A DNA stretch of 49,418 bases from an uncultured Lachnospiraceae bacterium (GTDB taxonomy: Bacteria; Bacillota; Clostridia; Lachnospirales; Lachnospiraceae): positions 1-49,418 of the forward strand of contig CAMNFJ010000001.1 of the NCBI GenBank assembly GCA_946536955.1. The letters are read 5' to 3'. The position numbers were made by a program, and so were the translations under genes. Positions 37,103 to 46,407 of the stretch are shown here, piece by piece; the first letter of the stretch is position 1; each line of letters opens with the position of its first letter. The notes beneath the pieces are model-generated. The model saw only the letters and a list, made by a program, of their open reading frames with translations, was not told where the DNA came from and ran no database searches.

Positions 37103-37912
37103 ATGAAAAGAAGACTGCAGCAGTTTATCTGCGCACTGGCTGTCCTGTGTCTGGTCGCGGGCTTCGCACCGGTACAGGCCCAGGCCTACGAGAAAAAAGG
37201 GGAGTACCGCATCCACACGGTCTCACAAAACAAGTGGGTGACTGATGCCAAGGAAACCGGGGACTATATTAATGTCTATAAGATCAAGGTTCCGGCAGAA
37301 GGTTACATCCGCGTGTTTATGAACGATTCGCATTTAACCGAGCACATCCACGGGAATCATATGCCTGATATCGCGTTATATGACTCCTACAAAATCGCCG
37401 ATGAAAATGTCTATATGACCTGTGCTTTCAGGGATGAGACAAATTGGCTGGCAGTGAAGAAGGGCACCTATTACCTGTCCCCCCGTTATGCAGGGACCAA
37501 ATTCAGATGGAATTTCCAGAAAAAGTCATCCGGGTCCAACTACTGCATGGCAAAGGCGGAGACGGTGAAGAATGGGAAAAATTCCGTTCTCTACTACGGT
37601 TACGGCTACGAATTCTCCAAGTGGTACAAGGTGAAGCTGACGAAGAAGCAGAAGATCAAGGTCTTTGCAAGACCCATGGAATGCAAGCTGGGCAAGCGCA
37701 GGAGAAGGGATCCGGGCCCGGGACTGGCCATGGTCATCGTCGACAGCAAGTATAAGAAGGTCGCGACCAGTCATGTCGCATATTATACGGAGATGACAGG
37801 CCTTCTCAACAAGGGAACCTATTACATCCGGCTGGAGCGCCTGCCCGAAGAGCCGGGTACTGACGAAGGCTACGCGACCCGTCTGATCTCCTTTACCTGC
37901 AAGTGGCAGTAA
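37103..37912 (+). CDS. Hypothetical secreted beta-rich, Lys/Tyr-rich protein
   Basis: Sec signal MKRRLQQFICALAVLCLVAGFAPVQAQA; repeated YK(I/V)K and KGTYY motifs; AGGAGG RBS; extended -10 TATAAT near 37009. Confidence 0.8.
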   Translation: MKRRLQQFICALAVLCLVAGFAPVQAQAYEKKGEYRIHTVSQNKWVTDAKETGDYINVYKIKVPAEGYIRVFMNDSHLTEHIHGNHMPDIALYDSYKIADENVYMTCAFRDETNWLAVKKGTYYLSPRYAGTKFRWNFQKKSSGSNYCMAKAETVKNGKNSVLYYGYGYEFSKWYKVKLTKKQKIKVFARPMECKLGKRRRRDPGPGLAMVIVDSKYKKVATSHVAYYTEMTGLLNKGTYYIRLERLPEEPGTDEGYATRLISFTCKWQ

Positions 37913-37935
37913 GATCTGTATATAATAAGCAGACA

Positions 37936-37964
37936 TTGACAAGAGAGAAGGATAATGGTAGTTT
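37936..37964 (+). promoter_or_regulatory. Sigma-A-type promoter upstream of rimI
   Basis: TTGACA-17 bp-TAGTTT with extended TG. Confidence 0.6.
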
Positions 37965-38027
37965 GTTGCACAGACTGAAAAAACTGTGACCGCTGGCCCT
38001 TCTCCGTGATATCTATCAGAAAAGCAG

Positions 38028-38070
38028 CTCCCTGCTGCGGCCGGAGGACCGGCCGCGGCAGGGAGTTTCT
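38028..38070 (+). terminator. Strong GC-rich hairpin, terminator-like
   Basis: CTCCCTGCTGCGGCCGG-AGGA-CCGGCCGCGGCAGGGAG then TTTCT. Confidence 0.55.
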
Positions 38071-38187
38071 GCCGGAGCGGCCTGTGGCGGCAATATGGAT
38101 CGGACTGCCGGCGAAGGAAGTTTCCGGTATTGGCAGACTGGAGACCTTTTCCTGCCGGTCCGCCGGATAACTCGTGGGATACTGCGG

Positions 38188-38799
38188 ATGGAATATTATA
38201 TTAGAAGAATGCGGGAAGAGGATATTCCCCAGGTCGTGGAGATCGAGAAAGCGGCCTTTTCACGCCCCTGGTCCAGGAGCATATTCAAGGCCACCCTCCT
38301 GCTCCCCTATGCCGCCTACTATGTGGCAGTGGAGGGAGACGGGGAGAAGGCCGGGGCCCTGCCGGAGCCCGTGGACGGTCAGGCGGACGGGGGGGATTTC
38401 CTGTCGGGGCCTGCGGACGGTCAGGCGGACGGGGCGGATTCCCTGCCGGAGCCTGCGGAAGGCCAGCCGGGCGGAGGGGAGTTTCCGTCTGAGACCATCA
38501 TCGGGCTCTGCGGCGTCAAGAAGATCTTTGAAGAGGGCGAGATCAGCAATGTGGCTGTCCACCCGGATCACAGGGGACGGGGGATCTCCAGAAAAATGCT
38601 GGAAACCCTGATGGAGGAGGCGCAGGCGGACGGAGTGAAGGCCTTTACCCTGGAGGTCCGCGCCGGCAATCAGATCGCGATCCGGCTCTACGAGAGCCTG
38701 GGCTTTCGGACAGAGGGGATCCGGCCCCGCTTTTATGACCATCCCGTCGAGGATGGCTTCATCATGTGGAAGAGACCAGCCGGGGACGGGAAGGCCTGA
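38188..38799 (+). CDS. rimI: Ribosomal-protein-alanine N-acetyltransferase with internal repeat insertion
   Basis: IEKAAFSRPWS, ISNVAVHP..RGRG, TLEVRAGN..A..LYESLGF...GIRPRFY..PVED; tsa context. Confidence 0.92.
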   Translation: MEYYIRRMREEDIPQVVEIEKAAFSRPWSRSIFKATLLLPYAAYYVAVEGDGEKAGALPEPVDGQADGGDFLSGPADGQADGADSLPEPAEGQPGGGEFPSETIIGLCGVKKIFEEGEISNVAVHPDHRGRGISRKMLETLMEEAQADGVKAFTLEVRAGNQIAIRLYESLGFRTEGIRPRFYDHPVEDGFIMWKRPAGDGKA

Positions 38800-39110
38800 T
38801 CCGGATGTATTTCTTCATCGCACAATGCCCGTGGCTTCAGCTGCGGGATACGCGCGCAAAAAAAGGAAACCTGCTTCATCGTGGGTACTAGCCCTCGATG
38901 AAGAATAAACGCTCCGCAACAAACCGGAGGTTTGCCGGATGCACCCCGCGAGCGGTGTGGAAGATGTTGACATGTCGTTGGAAAACAGGACATGTCAGCC
39001 AGCACGCGGGGCGTAAGACTCGCGTGCTGGACTGGAAATGTTTCCGGTGTTTTAAACGGTCAAAAGATTTGTCCGGCTGTTGCAGCCGGTAAGAAAGGTT
39101 TTGAAAATAT

Positions 39111-40031
39111 ATGATCGATGTCTGTCTGCTCGGTACAGGCGGGATGATGCCCCTGCCCTACCGCTATTTGACCTCCCTGATGCTCCGTTACAACGGAAAG
39201 GGGATCATGGTGGACTGCGGCGAGGGGACCCAGGTGGCCCTCCGCAGAAAGGGCTGGAGCCCCAAACCCATTGATGTCATGCTTTTTACCCATTATCACG
39301 CGGACCATATCTCGGGCCTCCCGGGTATGCTGCTGACCATGGGAAACGCGGAGCGCACGGAGCCGCTTCTGATGGTGGGTCCCAAGGGGCTCTCCCGCGT
39401 AGTCAACAGCCTGCGGGTGATCGCCCCGGAGCTTCCCTTTGAGATCGAGTTTCTCGAGCTGACCGAGCGGGAGCAGGAGATCACCCTGCCCGGCGACAAG
39501 GATTTTCATATCCATGCCTTCCGGGTCAACCACAACGTCACCTGCTACGGCTACGCCTTTACCCTGGACCGGGCCGGCCGCTTCGACGCGGACCGGGCCA
39601 AGGCGCAGGGGATCCCCCTGAAGCTCTGGAACCGCCTGCAGAAGGGCGAGACCATCGAGACGGAGGAAGGCCTTTTCACACCGGACATGGTCCTGGGGCC
39701 GGCCCGCAGGGGCCTGAAGCTGGTCTATACGACGGACACCCGGCCCTGCGACAATATCGTCAAATATGCCGCCGGCGCGGACCTTCTGATCTGCGAGGGC
39801 ATGTACGGCGAGCCGGACAAGGCGGAAAAGGCGCGGGAGCACAAGCACATGACCTTCAAGGAGGCGGCCATGATCGCGAAAAAGGCCGGCCCGGCCCGGA
39901 TGTGGCTGACCCACTACAGCCCCTCCCTCAACCACCCGGAGGACTTCATGGATGACGTCCGCAAAATCTTTCCGGCCGGCGTGGCCGCGAAGGACGGCAG
40001 GACTATCACCCTGGTCTTTGACAATGAGTGA
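39111..40031 (+). CDS. rnz: Ribonuclease Z
   Basis: LLGTGGMMP, DCGEGTQ, THYHADHISG, YTTDTRP, EGMY, KHMT, LTHYSP; exosite region present. Confidence 0.95.
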   Translation: MIDVCLLGTGGMMPLPYRYLTSLMLRYNGKGIMVDCGEGTQVALRRKGWSPKPIDVMLFTHYHADHISGLPGMLLTMGNAERTEPLLMVGPKGLSRVVNSLRVIAPELPFEIEFLELTEREQEITLPGDKDFHIHAFRVNHNVTCYGYAFTLDRAGRFDADRAKAQGIPLKLWNRLQKGETIETEEGLFTPDMVLGPARRGLKLVYTTDTRPCDNIVKYAAGADLLICEGMYGEPDKAEKAREHKHMTFKEAAMIAKKAGPARMWLTHYSPSLNHPEDFMDDVRKIFPAGVAAKDGRTITLVFDNE

Positions 40032-40077
40032 GAGGCCTCCCGGACGAAAACAGCCCCTCCGGAAGAAGATGCCCATA

Positions 40078-40217
40078 GATAAACGCCGCGGACAAACCCG
40101 TCGCGGATAAACCTGCCGCGGGCAAACTTCGCAGATAAACCTGCCGCGGATAAACCTGCCGCGGGCAAACCTGCAGCGGACAAACTTCGCAGATAAACCC
40201 GCCGCAGACAAACTGCA
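40078..40217. repeat. 13/15-bp minisatellite, 10 units, upstream of tsaD
   Basis: G(A/G)(T/C)AAAC-CTGCCGCG-type units at 40078, 40091, 40106, 40121, 40134, 40149, 40164, 40179, 40192, 40207. Confidence 0.9.
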
Positions 40218-40317
40218 GGTCATGAATGGGCAGAAAACGGATAAATGGTGTATAATGACAAAGGGTCTGTCCCGGGAGGGACGGATCCGGCAGAAAAATA
40301 CAGATAAGACAAATACT

Positions 40318-41349
40318 ATGACAGAGATAAAAAAAGATGTGACCATCCTTGCGATCGAATCCAGCTGCGACGAGACGGCGGCCTCCGTCGTGGTCGACGG
40401 GCGCAGGGTCCTCTCCAATGTGATCTCCTCCCAGATCGATATCCACACCCTCTACGGGGGCGTGGTGCCGGAGATCGCCTCCCGCAAGCACACGGAGCGC
40501 GTCACCCAGGTCATCCGCCAGGCGCTTGACGAAGCCGGCAGGAAGCTGGAGGACATGGACGCCATCGCGGTCACCTACGGCCCGGGCTTGGTCGGCCCCC
40601 TCCTGATCGGAGTGTCAGCGGCCAAGGGCCTGAGCTTCGCGACCGGGATCCCCCTGATCGGGGTCCACCATATCGAGGGCCATATCAGTGCCAATTACAT
40701 TGCGGAACCTTCTCTCGAGCCGCCCTTTGCCTGCCTGGTCGTCTCCGGCGGCCACACCCATCTGGTCCTGGTCAGGGATTACGGGGAGTATGAGATCCTG
40801 GGCAGGACCCAGGATGACGCGGCCGGCGAGGCCTTCGACAAGGTAGCCCGCGAGATCGGCCTGGGCTATCCCGGCGGCCCCAAGATCGACAAGGCATCCA
40901 GAGAGGGAGACCCCCACGCGATCACCTTCCCGCGGGGCAAGGTCAGCGGGTCCCGCTACGACTTCAGCTTCAGCGGCATGAAATCCGCGGTCCTCAACTA
41001 TCTCAATACCAGCCGCATGAAGGGGATCACTGTAAACGTCCCCGATGTGGCGGCCTCCTTCCAGCAGGCAGTCGTGGACGTCCTGGTCACCCATGCCGGG
41101 GACGCCATCGACCAGTACGGCCTGAAAAAATTTGCCCTGGCCGGCGGCGTGGCCTCCAACACAGCCCTGCGGGCCGGCATGAAAAAGATGTGCGAGGACA
41201 AGGGCGCGGCCTTTTTCTGTCCGCCTCCCATCCTGTGCACGGACAATGCCGCCATGATCGGCAGCGCCGCCTATTTTGAATACAGAAAGGGCGCCTTCTC
41301 CGGCCTCGACCTCAACGCCGTCCCCGGACTGCGCCTGGGGCAGAGATAG
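40318..41349 (+). CDS. tsaD: tRNA N6-adenosine threonylcarbamoyltransferase
   Basis: [53 protein letters not shown]. Confidence 0.98.
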   Translation: MTEIKKDVTILAIESSCDETAASVVVDGRRVLSNVISSQIDIHTLYGGVVPEIASRKHTERVTQVIRQALDEAGRKLEDMDAIAVTYGPGLVGPLLIGVSAAKGLSFATGIPLIGVHHIEGHISANYIAEPSLEPPFACLVVSGGHTHLVLVRDYGEYEILGRTQDDAAGEAFDKVAREIGLGYPGGPKIDKASREGDPHAITFPRGKVSGSRYDFSFSGMKSAVLNYLNTSRMKGITVNVPDVAASFQQAVVDVLVTHAGDAIDQYGLKKFALAGGVASNTALRAGMKKMCEDKGAAFFCPPPILCTDNAAMIGSAAYFEYRKGAFSGLDLNAVPGLRLGQR

Positions 41350-41557
41350 GATACAGCCGGACAGTTACCGGAAATTGTAATAATAGTCACATAACAACAG
41401 AGCTTGCAGAAACAAGAAATCCGGAATACTTGATGGACTGTAAATCCTGGGAGAATGACCGGTGCGGGCTTCTGGAGTTCTTTTTGAGCGCGGGAAAGGT
41501 CCGCCCGGATCGCCGCGCCCCGAAAAGGGCCCAAAAAACGCGAAGGGAATCAATCTT

Positions 41558-42277
41558 ATGGAAAGCAGTAATGTAAAGTGCACCGCAGTCATGCTCGCGG
41601 CAGGTATGGGCCTGCGCATGGGAGGGGATATCCGGAAACAATACCTGATGCTGGGCGGCATGCCCATGTTTCTCCATTCCATCAGAACCATGCAGGAGAG
41701 TGAATGCATCACGGACATTATCGTGATGGCCCACAGGGATGACGTCGACGTCGTCCGCGGACTCCTGGAGGAATATGGATATACAAAAAAACTCCGGAAG
41801 ATCGCCGTGGGGGGAAAGGAGAGGGTCCATTCCGTCGCCATCGGCCTCGAGGCCATCGACTGGCCCTGCGACTACGTTTTTATCCACGACTGCGCCAGAC
41901 CCTTCCTGAACCAGGAGACCATCTACCGCCTCTTTGAGACGGTGCAGAAGACAAACGCCTGCGTTGCGGGCGTGCCTGCCAAGGACACGGTCAAGATCGT
42001 GGACGATGACTGCAACGTCCAGAAGACACCCAACAGAGCCAGTGTCTGGATCGTCCAGACCCCCCAGGTCTTTTCCCTGGACCTGATCCGCAACGCCCAC
42101 CGCAAGGCCCTGGCCCAGGAGGAATACCTGGCCTCACAGGGCATTGTCCTGACCGACGACGCCATGGTGGCGGAGCTGGCCGGAGACTGCCGGGTCCGCA
42201 TGGTCATGGCAGACTACCGCAATATCAAGATCACCACCCCCGAAGACCTGGTCATCGGAGAGGCGTTTTTCGGGTGA
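41558..42277 (+). CDS. ispD: 2-C-methyl-D-erythritol 4-phosphate cytidylyltransferase
   Basis: LAAGMGLRMG..KQY, GGKER, IHDCARP, VQTPQVF, TDDA, NIKITTPEDL. Confidence 0.95.
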   Translation: MESSNVKCTAVMLAAGMGLRMGGDIRKQYLMLGGMPMFLHSIRTMQESECITDIIVMAHRDDVDVVRGLLEEYGYTKKLRKIAVGGKERVHSVAIGLEAIDWPCDYVFIHDCARPFLNQETIYRLFETVQKTNACVAGVPAKDTVKIVDDDCNVQKTPNRASVWIVQTPQVFSLDLIRNAHRKALAQEEYLASQGIVLTDDAMVAELAGDCRVRMVMADYRNIKITTPEDLVIGEAFFG

Positions 42278-42291
42278 CAGTTGTTAAATGA

Positions 42292-42388
42292 TAGCTGTTA
42301 GCTGTTAGCCATTAGCCATTAGCTGTTAGCTCTGTTTCTGGAAATTTGCATTTAAAAGCTAATAGCTAAAAGCTTAAAGCCAAAAGCT
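42292..42388. repeat. Inverted pair of heptamer tandem arrays
   Basis: (TTAGCTG/TTAGCCA)n at 42292-42331 facing (AGCTAA[A/T])n-like units at 42355-42388. Confidence 0.8.
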
Positions 42389-42412
42389 GCCACCCCCCTG
42401 CTTGGAGGAGCT

Positions 42413-45400
42413 ATGTCTTTCGCGCATCTTCACGTCCACACGGAGTATTCGCTCCTGGACGGTTCCAATAAGATTTCCGAGTACGTCAGCCGGGTCAGGG
42501 ACCTGGGCATGACGGCTGCGGCCATTACCGATCACGGCGTCATGTACGGCGTGATCGATTTTTATAAGGCGGCAAAAGCGGCCGGGATCAAGCCCATCAT
42601 CGGCTGTGAGGTCTACGTGGCGCCCGGCTCCCGCAAAGACCGCGAGGCCAGCCACGGGGAGGACCGCTACTATCACCTGATCCTGCTGGCGGAAAACAAT
42701 ACAGGCTATGCCAACCTCATGAAGATCGTGAGCCGGTCCTTCACGGAGGGCTTTTATTATAAGCCCCGTGTCGACATGGAACTGCTCAGGGAGTTTCATG
42801 AGGGCCTGATCGCCTGCTCGGCCTGTCTGGCCGGCGAGGTGGCCAGGGAGATCGTTCGCGGCAATCCCCAGGGAGCCCGGGAGGCGGCCAGGCGCTATCT
42901 GGATATATTCGGGGATGGCAATTATTTCCTGGAGCTGCAGGACCACGGCTATCCCGACCAGCAGACGGTCAACGCCGAGCTCCTGCGCATGAGCCGGGAG
43001 ATGGGGATCCCCCTTGTCGCGACCAATGACTGCCACTACACCTATGCGGAGGACGCGGAGGCCCACGATATCCTCCTCTGCGTCCAGACCGGCAAAAAGC
43101 TGGCCGATGAGAACCGCATGCGATATCCCGGCGGCCAGTTCTATGTCAAGAGCGAGGAGGAGATGCGGACCCTCTTCCCCTATGCCCGGCAGGCCCTGGA
43201 CAACACCCAGCGCATAGCGGACCGCTGCAACGTGGAGATCGAGTTCGGCGTCACCAGACTCCCGCATTTCGATGTGCCGGAGGGATATGATTCCTGGACC
43301 TATCTCAACAAGCTCTGCCGGGACGGCATGGAGCGGCGCTGGCCCGGGATCTTCGAGGCAGAAAAAAACAGCCCGGCCGGCAGTCCGGAAAACTCTTCCG
43401 GAAAAAGCCCGGAAAGCAGTCCGGAAGACCCTTCCGGAAACAGCCTTGCCGGCAGCATGGAAAACTCTTCCGGAAAAAGCCCGGAAAGCAGTCCGGAAGA
43501 GAACCGGGCGGAAGAAAAGGGCGGACCGCGTCTTTTCTCGGGCATGACGGCCGCGGACCTTCTCTCCAGGCTGGACTACGAGCTGGGGACCATCCGCCAG
43601 ATGGGCTATGTCGACTATTTCCTGATCGTCTGGGACTATATCAATTTTTCCAGGGAGCACGGGATCATGGTCGGGCCCGGGCGCGGGAGCGCTGCGGGAT
43701 CCATCGTCGCCTACTCACTGGGGATCACCGATATCGACCCCATCCGCTACAACCTCCTCTTTGAGCGTTTCCTCAACCCCGAGCGTGTGTCCATGCCCGA
43801 TATCGACGTGGACTTCGCCTTCGAGCGCCGGGGCGAGGTCATCGACTATGTCACGGAAAAATACGGCAAGGACCGCGTGATGCAGATCATCACCTTCGGC
43901 ACCATGGCGGCCCGGGGCGTCATCCGGGATGTCGGCCGGGTCATGGACCTGCCCTACGGCTTTGTCGATTCCATTTCCAAGATGGTCCCCCAGGAGCTGG
44001 GGATCACCCTGGAGAAGGCCCTGAAGCAGAGCCCGGACCTGCGCGCCTCCTATGAAAAGGACGACCGGGTCCACAAGCTGATCGACATGAGCCTGCGCCT
44101 GGAGGGCCTGCCCCGGCACGCCTCCGTCCACGCCGCCGGCGTCGTCATCTGTTCGGAGCCCGCGGAGGACCTGGTCCCCCTGGCCAGGGCCCAGGACGGA
44201 TCAACCACCACCCAGTTCCCCATGACCACGATCGAGGAGCTGGGCCTGCTCAAGATGGACTTCCTGGGCCTGCGCACCCTCACGGTCATCCAGAATGCGG
44301 TCGATATGGCCAATCACTCGATCGCTCTCGCCGGAGGAGCCTACCCGCCCTCCGAGCCCGCCGTCAGCGCCGTGCGCCCCTCGGAAAATCCCCTGGGCCC
44401 CGTGGTCTCCATGGATGCCCTGGATTACGCCGACCCCAATATCTACCGCTATATTTCCTCCGGCAGGACGGACGGGATCTTCCAGCTGGAATCCGGCGGC
44501 ATGCAGGGCTTCATGAAGGAACTGAGACCGGAGAATTTCGAGGATATCATAGCCGGCATCTCCCTCTACCGGCCGGGCCCCATGGACTTCATCCCCCAGT
44601 ACATCCGGGGCAAGAACAACCGGGACGCGGTCAGCTATGCCTGCCCGGAGCTCCAGCCCATCCTGGAGCCCACCTACGGCTGTATCGTCTACCAGGAGCA
44701 GGTCATGCAGATCGTCCGCGACCTGGGCGGCTACACCCTGGGCCGGAGCGACCTGGTCCGCCGCGCCATGAGTAAAAAGAAGCAGAAGGTCATGGAGCAG
44801 GAGCGCCGCAATTTTGTCTACGGCAATCCGGAGGAGGGAGTCCCCGGCTGTGTGGCCCGCGGGATCGACGAAAAGGTCGCCTCCGGGATCTACGACACCA
44901 TGATGGACTTCGCCAAGTATGCCTTCAACAAGTCCCACGCCGCCTGCTACGCCGTCGTGGCCTACCAGACCGCCTGGCTCAAGTACTACTATCCCATGGA
45001 ATTCATGGCGGCCCTCATGACCTCGGTCATCGACCACCCGACCAAGGTCGCCTCCTACATCCTGGCCTGCCGGTCCATGAAGATCCGGATCCTGCCGCCC
45101 GACATCAACGAGGGCGAGGCAGGTTTCTCCGTCTCTCCCGACGGCATCCGCTATGCCCTGACCGCCATCAAGGGAGTCGGCCGGCCCGTGATCGACGCCG
45201 TCGTGAACGAACGCCGCCTGCGGGGGCCCTACCGGGACCTTCGCGACTTTCTGACCCGCATGGCCTCCCAGGAAAAGGACGTCAACCGCCGGACCGTGGA
45301 AAACTTTATCAAGGCCGGCGCCCTGGACTGCCTGGGCGGGACCAGAAAACAGCTCATGAGCGTCTACGTCCGCATCCTGGACGACCTCCAGAGCTCCAAA

Positions 45401-46246
45401 AAGAACGACATGGCGGGCCAGATGTCCCTCTTTGACATCGCGGACGAGGAGGACAAAAAGGACTACGAGATCCGCATGCCCGACGTCGGCGAATTCCCCG
45501 ATGAGCTCAGACTCTCTTTTGAAAAGGAAGTCCTGGGCATTTACGTCAGCGGCCACCCCCTCCAGGCCTACGAGGGGCTCTGGCGCAGCCGCGTCACCGC
45601 CACGGCCGCCGACTTCGTCCTGGACGAAGACGCCGGGGGGCCGGATGCCCCCGCTTCGCCGGGGCAGACCGTCAGCCCCGCCTCCCCGGGAGGAGACGGA
45701 ACGGGAAGGGGCGGCTACGGCGGACAGACCGGAGCCGGCAGACCCGACGGCCGCCTGACCGACCGCCAGAAGGCCGTGATCGGCGGCATCATCACCGAAA
45801 AAAAGATCAAATATACCAAAAATGACCAGGTCATGGCCTTCCTCACGATCGAGGACATGACCGGGTCCGTCGAGGTCATCGTCTTTCCCCGCACCTACGA
45901 GGAGAGCTCCGAGATCCTCAACGAGGACGCCAGAGTCTTTCTCCAGGGCCGCGTCTCCCTCGAGGAGGAAAAGGACGGCAAGCTCATCGCCGAGAAGATC
46001 ATCTCCTTTGACGATGTCCCCCGCCGGCTCTGGGTCCGCTTTCCCTCCTTCGAGGCCTGGAAGAGCGCCGAACAGAAGGTGCTGGGCGTCGTCGCGGCCC
46101 ACGGAGGCCGCGACCAGGTCGTCATCTACATTGAGGACCGCAAGGCCAGGAAGACCCTGCCCCCGGGCCAGGGCATCCGGGCCGACCGGGCCGCCATGGA
46201 CCTGCTGGCGCAGATCTGCGGACAGAAAAACGTCGTTCTCCAGTGA
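42413..46246 (+). CDS. dnaE: DNA polymerase III alpha subunit with three low-complexity insertions
   Basis: FAHLHVHTEYSLLDG, GPGRGSAAGS, MPDIDVDF, HAAGVVI, KMDFLGL, YAFNKSHA, OB-fold C-terminus. Confidence 0.98.
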   Translation: MSFAHLHVHTEYSLLDGSNKISEYVSRVRDLGMTAAAITDHGVMYGVIDFYKAAKAAGIKPIIGCEVYVAPGSRKDREASHGEDRYYHLILLAENNTGYANLMKIVSRSFTEGFYYKPRVDMELLREFHEGLIACSACLAGEVAREIVRGNPQGAREAARRYLDIFGDGNYFLELQDHGYPDQQTVNAELLRMSREMGIPLVATNDCHYTYAEDAEAHDILLCVQTGKKLADENRMRYPGGQFYVKSEEEMRTLFPYARQALDNTQRIADRCNVEIEFGVTRLPHFDVPEGYDSWTYLNKLCRDGMERRWPGIFEAEKNSPAGSPENSSGKSPESSPEDPSGNSLAGSMENSSGKSPESSPEENRAEEKGGPRLFSGMTAADLLSRLDYELGTIRQMGYVDYFLIVWDYINFSREHGIMVGPGRGSAAGSIVAYSLGITDIDPIRYNLLFERFLNPERVSMPDIDVDFAFERRGEVIDYVTEKYGKDRVMQIITFGTMAARGVIRDVGRVMDLPYGFVDSISKMVPQELGITLEKALKQSPDLRASYEKDDRVHKLIDMSLRLEGLPRHASVHAAGVVICSEPAEDLVPLARAQDGSTTTQFPMTTIEELGLLKMDFLGLRTLTVIQNAVDMANHSIALAGGAYPPSEPAVSAVRPSENPLGPVVSMDALDYADPNIYRYISSGRTDGIFQLESGGMQGFMKELRPENFEDIIAGISLYRPGPMDFIPQYIRGKNNRDAVSYACPELQPILEPTYGCIVYQEQVMQIVRDLGGYTLGRSDLVRRAMSKKKQKVMEQERRNFVYGNPEEGVPGCVARGIDEKVASGIYDTMMDFAKYAFNKSHAACYAVVAYQTAWLKYYYPMEFMAALMTSVIDHPTKVASYILACRSMKIRILPPDINEGEAGFSVSPDGIRYALTAIKGVGRPVIDAVVNERRLRGPYRDLRDFLTRMASQEKDVNRRTVENFIKAGALDCLGGTRKQLMSVYVRILDDLQSSKKNDMAGQMSLFDIADEEDKKDYEIRMPDVGEFPDELRLSFEKEVLGIYVSGHPLQAYEGLWRSRVTATAADFVLDEDAGGPDAPASPGQTVSPASPGGDGTGRGGYGGQTGAGRPDGRLTDRQKAVIGGIITEKKIKYTKNDQVMAFLTIEDMTGSVEVIVFPRTYEESSEILNEDARVFLQGRVSLEEEKDGKLIAEKIISFDDVPRRLWVRFPSFEAWKSAEQKVLGVVAAHGGRDQVVIYIEDRKARKTLPPGQGIRADRAAMDLLAQICGQKNVVLQ

Positions 46247-46300
46247 GCCAAAAAACCCCCGTCAGAAGGCTTTCGCCTTCTGACGGGGGTTTTTGGTTCA
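46245..46300. terminator. Bidirectional intrinsic terminator between dnaE and hydA
   Basis: AAAAACCCCCGTCAGAAGGC-TTTC-GCCTTCTGACGGGGGTTTTT. Confidence 0.92.
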
Positions 46301-46407
46301 GTTTTTCCGGCTATGCGCTCGTCGGAGCGGCATCCCTCAGCTGCTGCCGGCGGGAGCCGTCAGACCAGCGGATCAATGAGTCAGAATGAAACGTCCGAAT
46401 TGACTGA

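Noticed and set aside
38800-39110. tRNA gene next to rnz
   Set aside because: No T-loop GTTCRA or cloverleaf spacing
43345-43550. Intein in DnaE
   Set aside because: No Cys/Ser start with His-Asn end, no splicing blocks, too short and low-complexity
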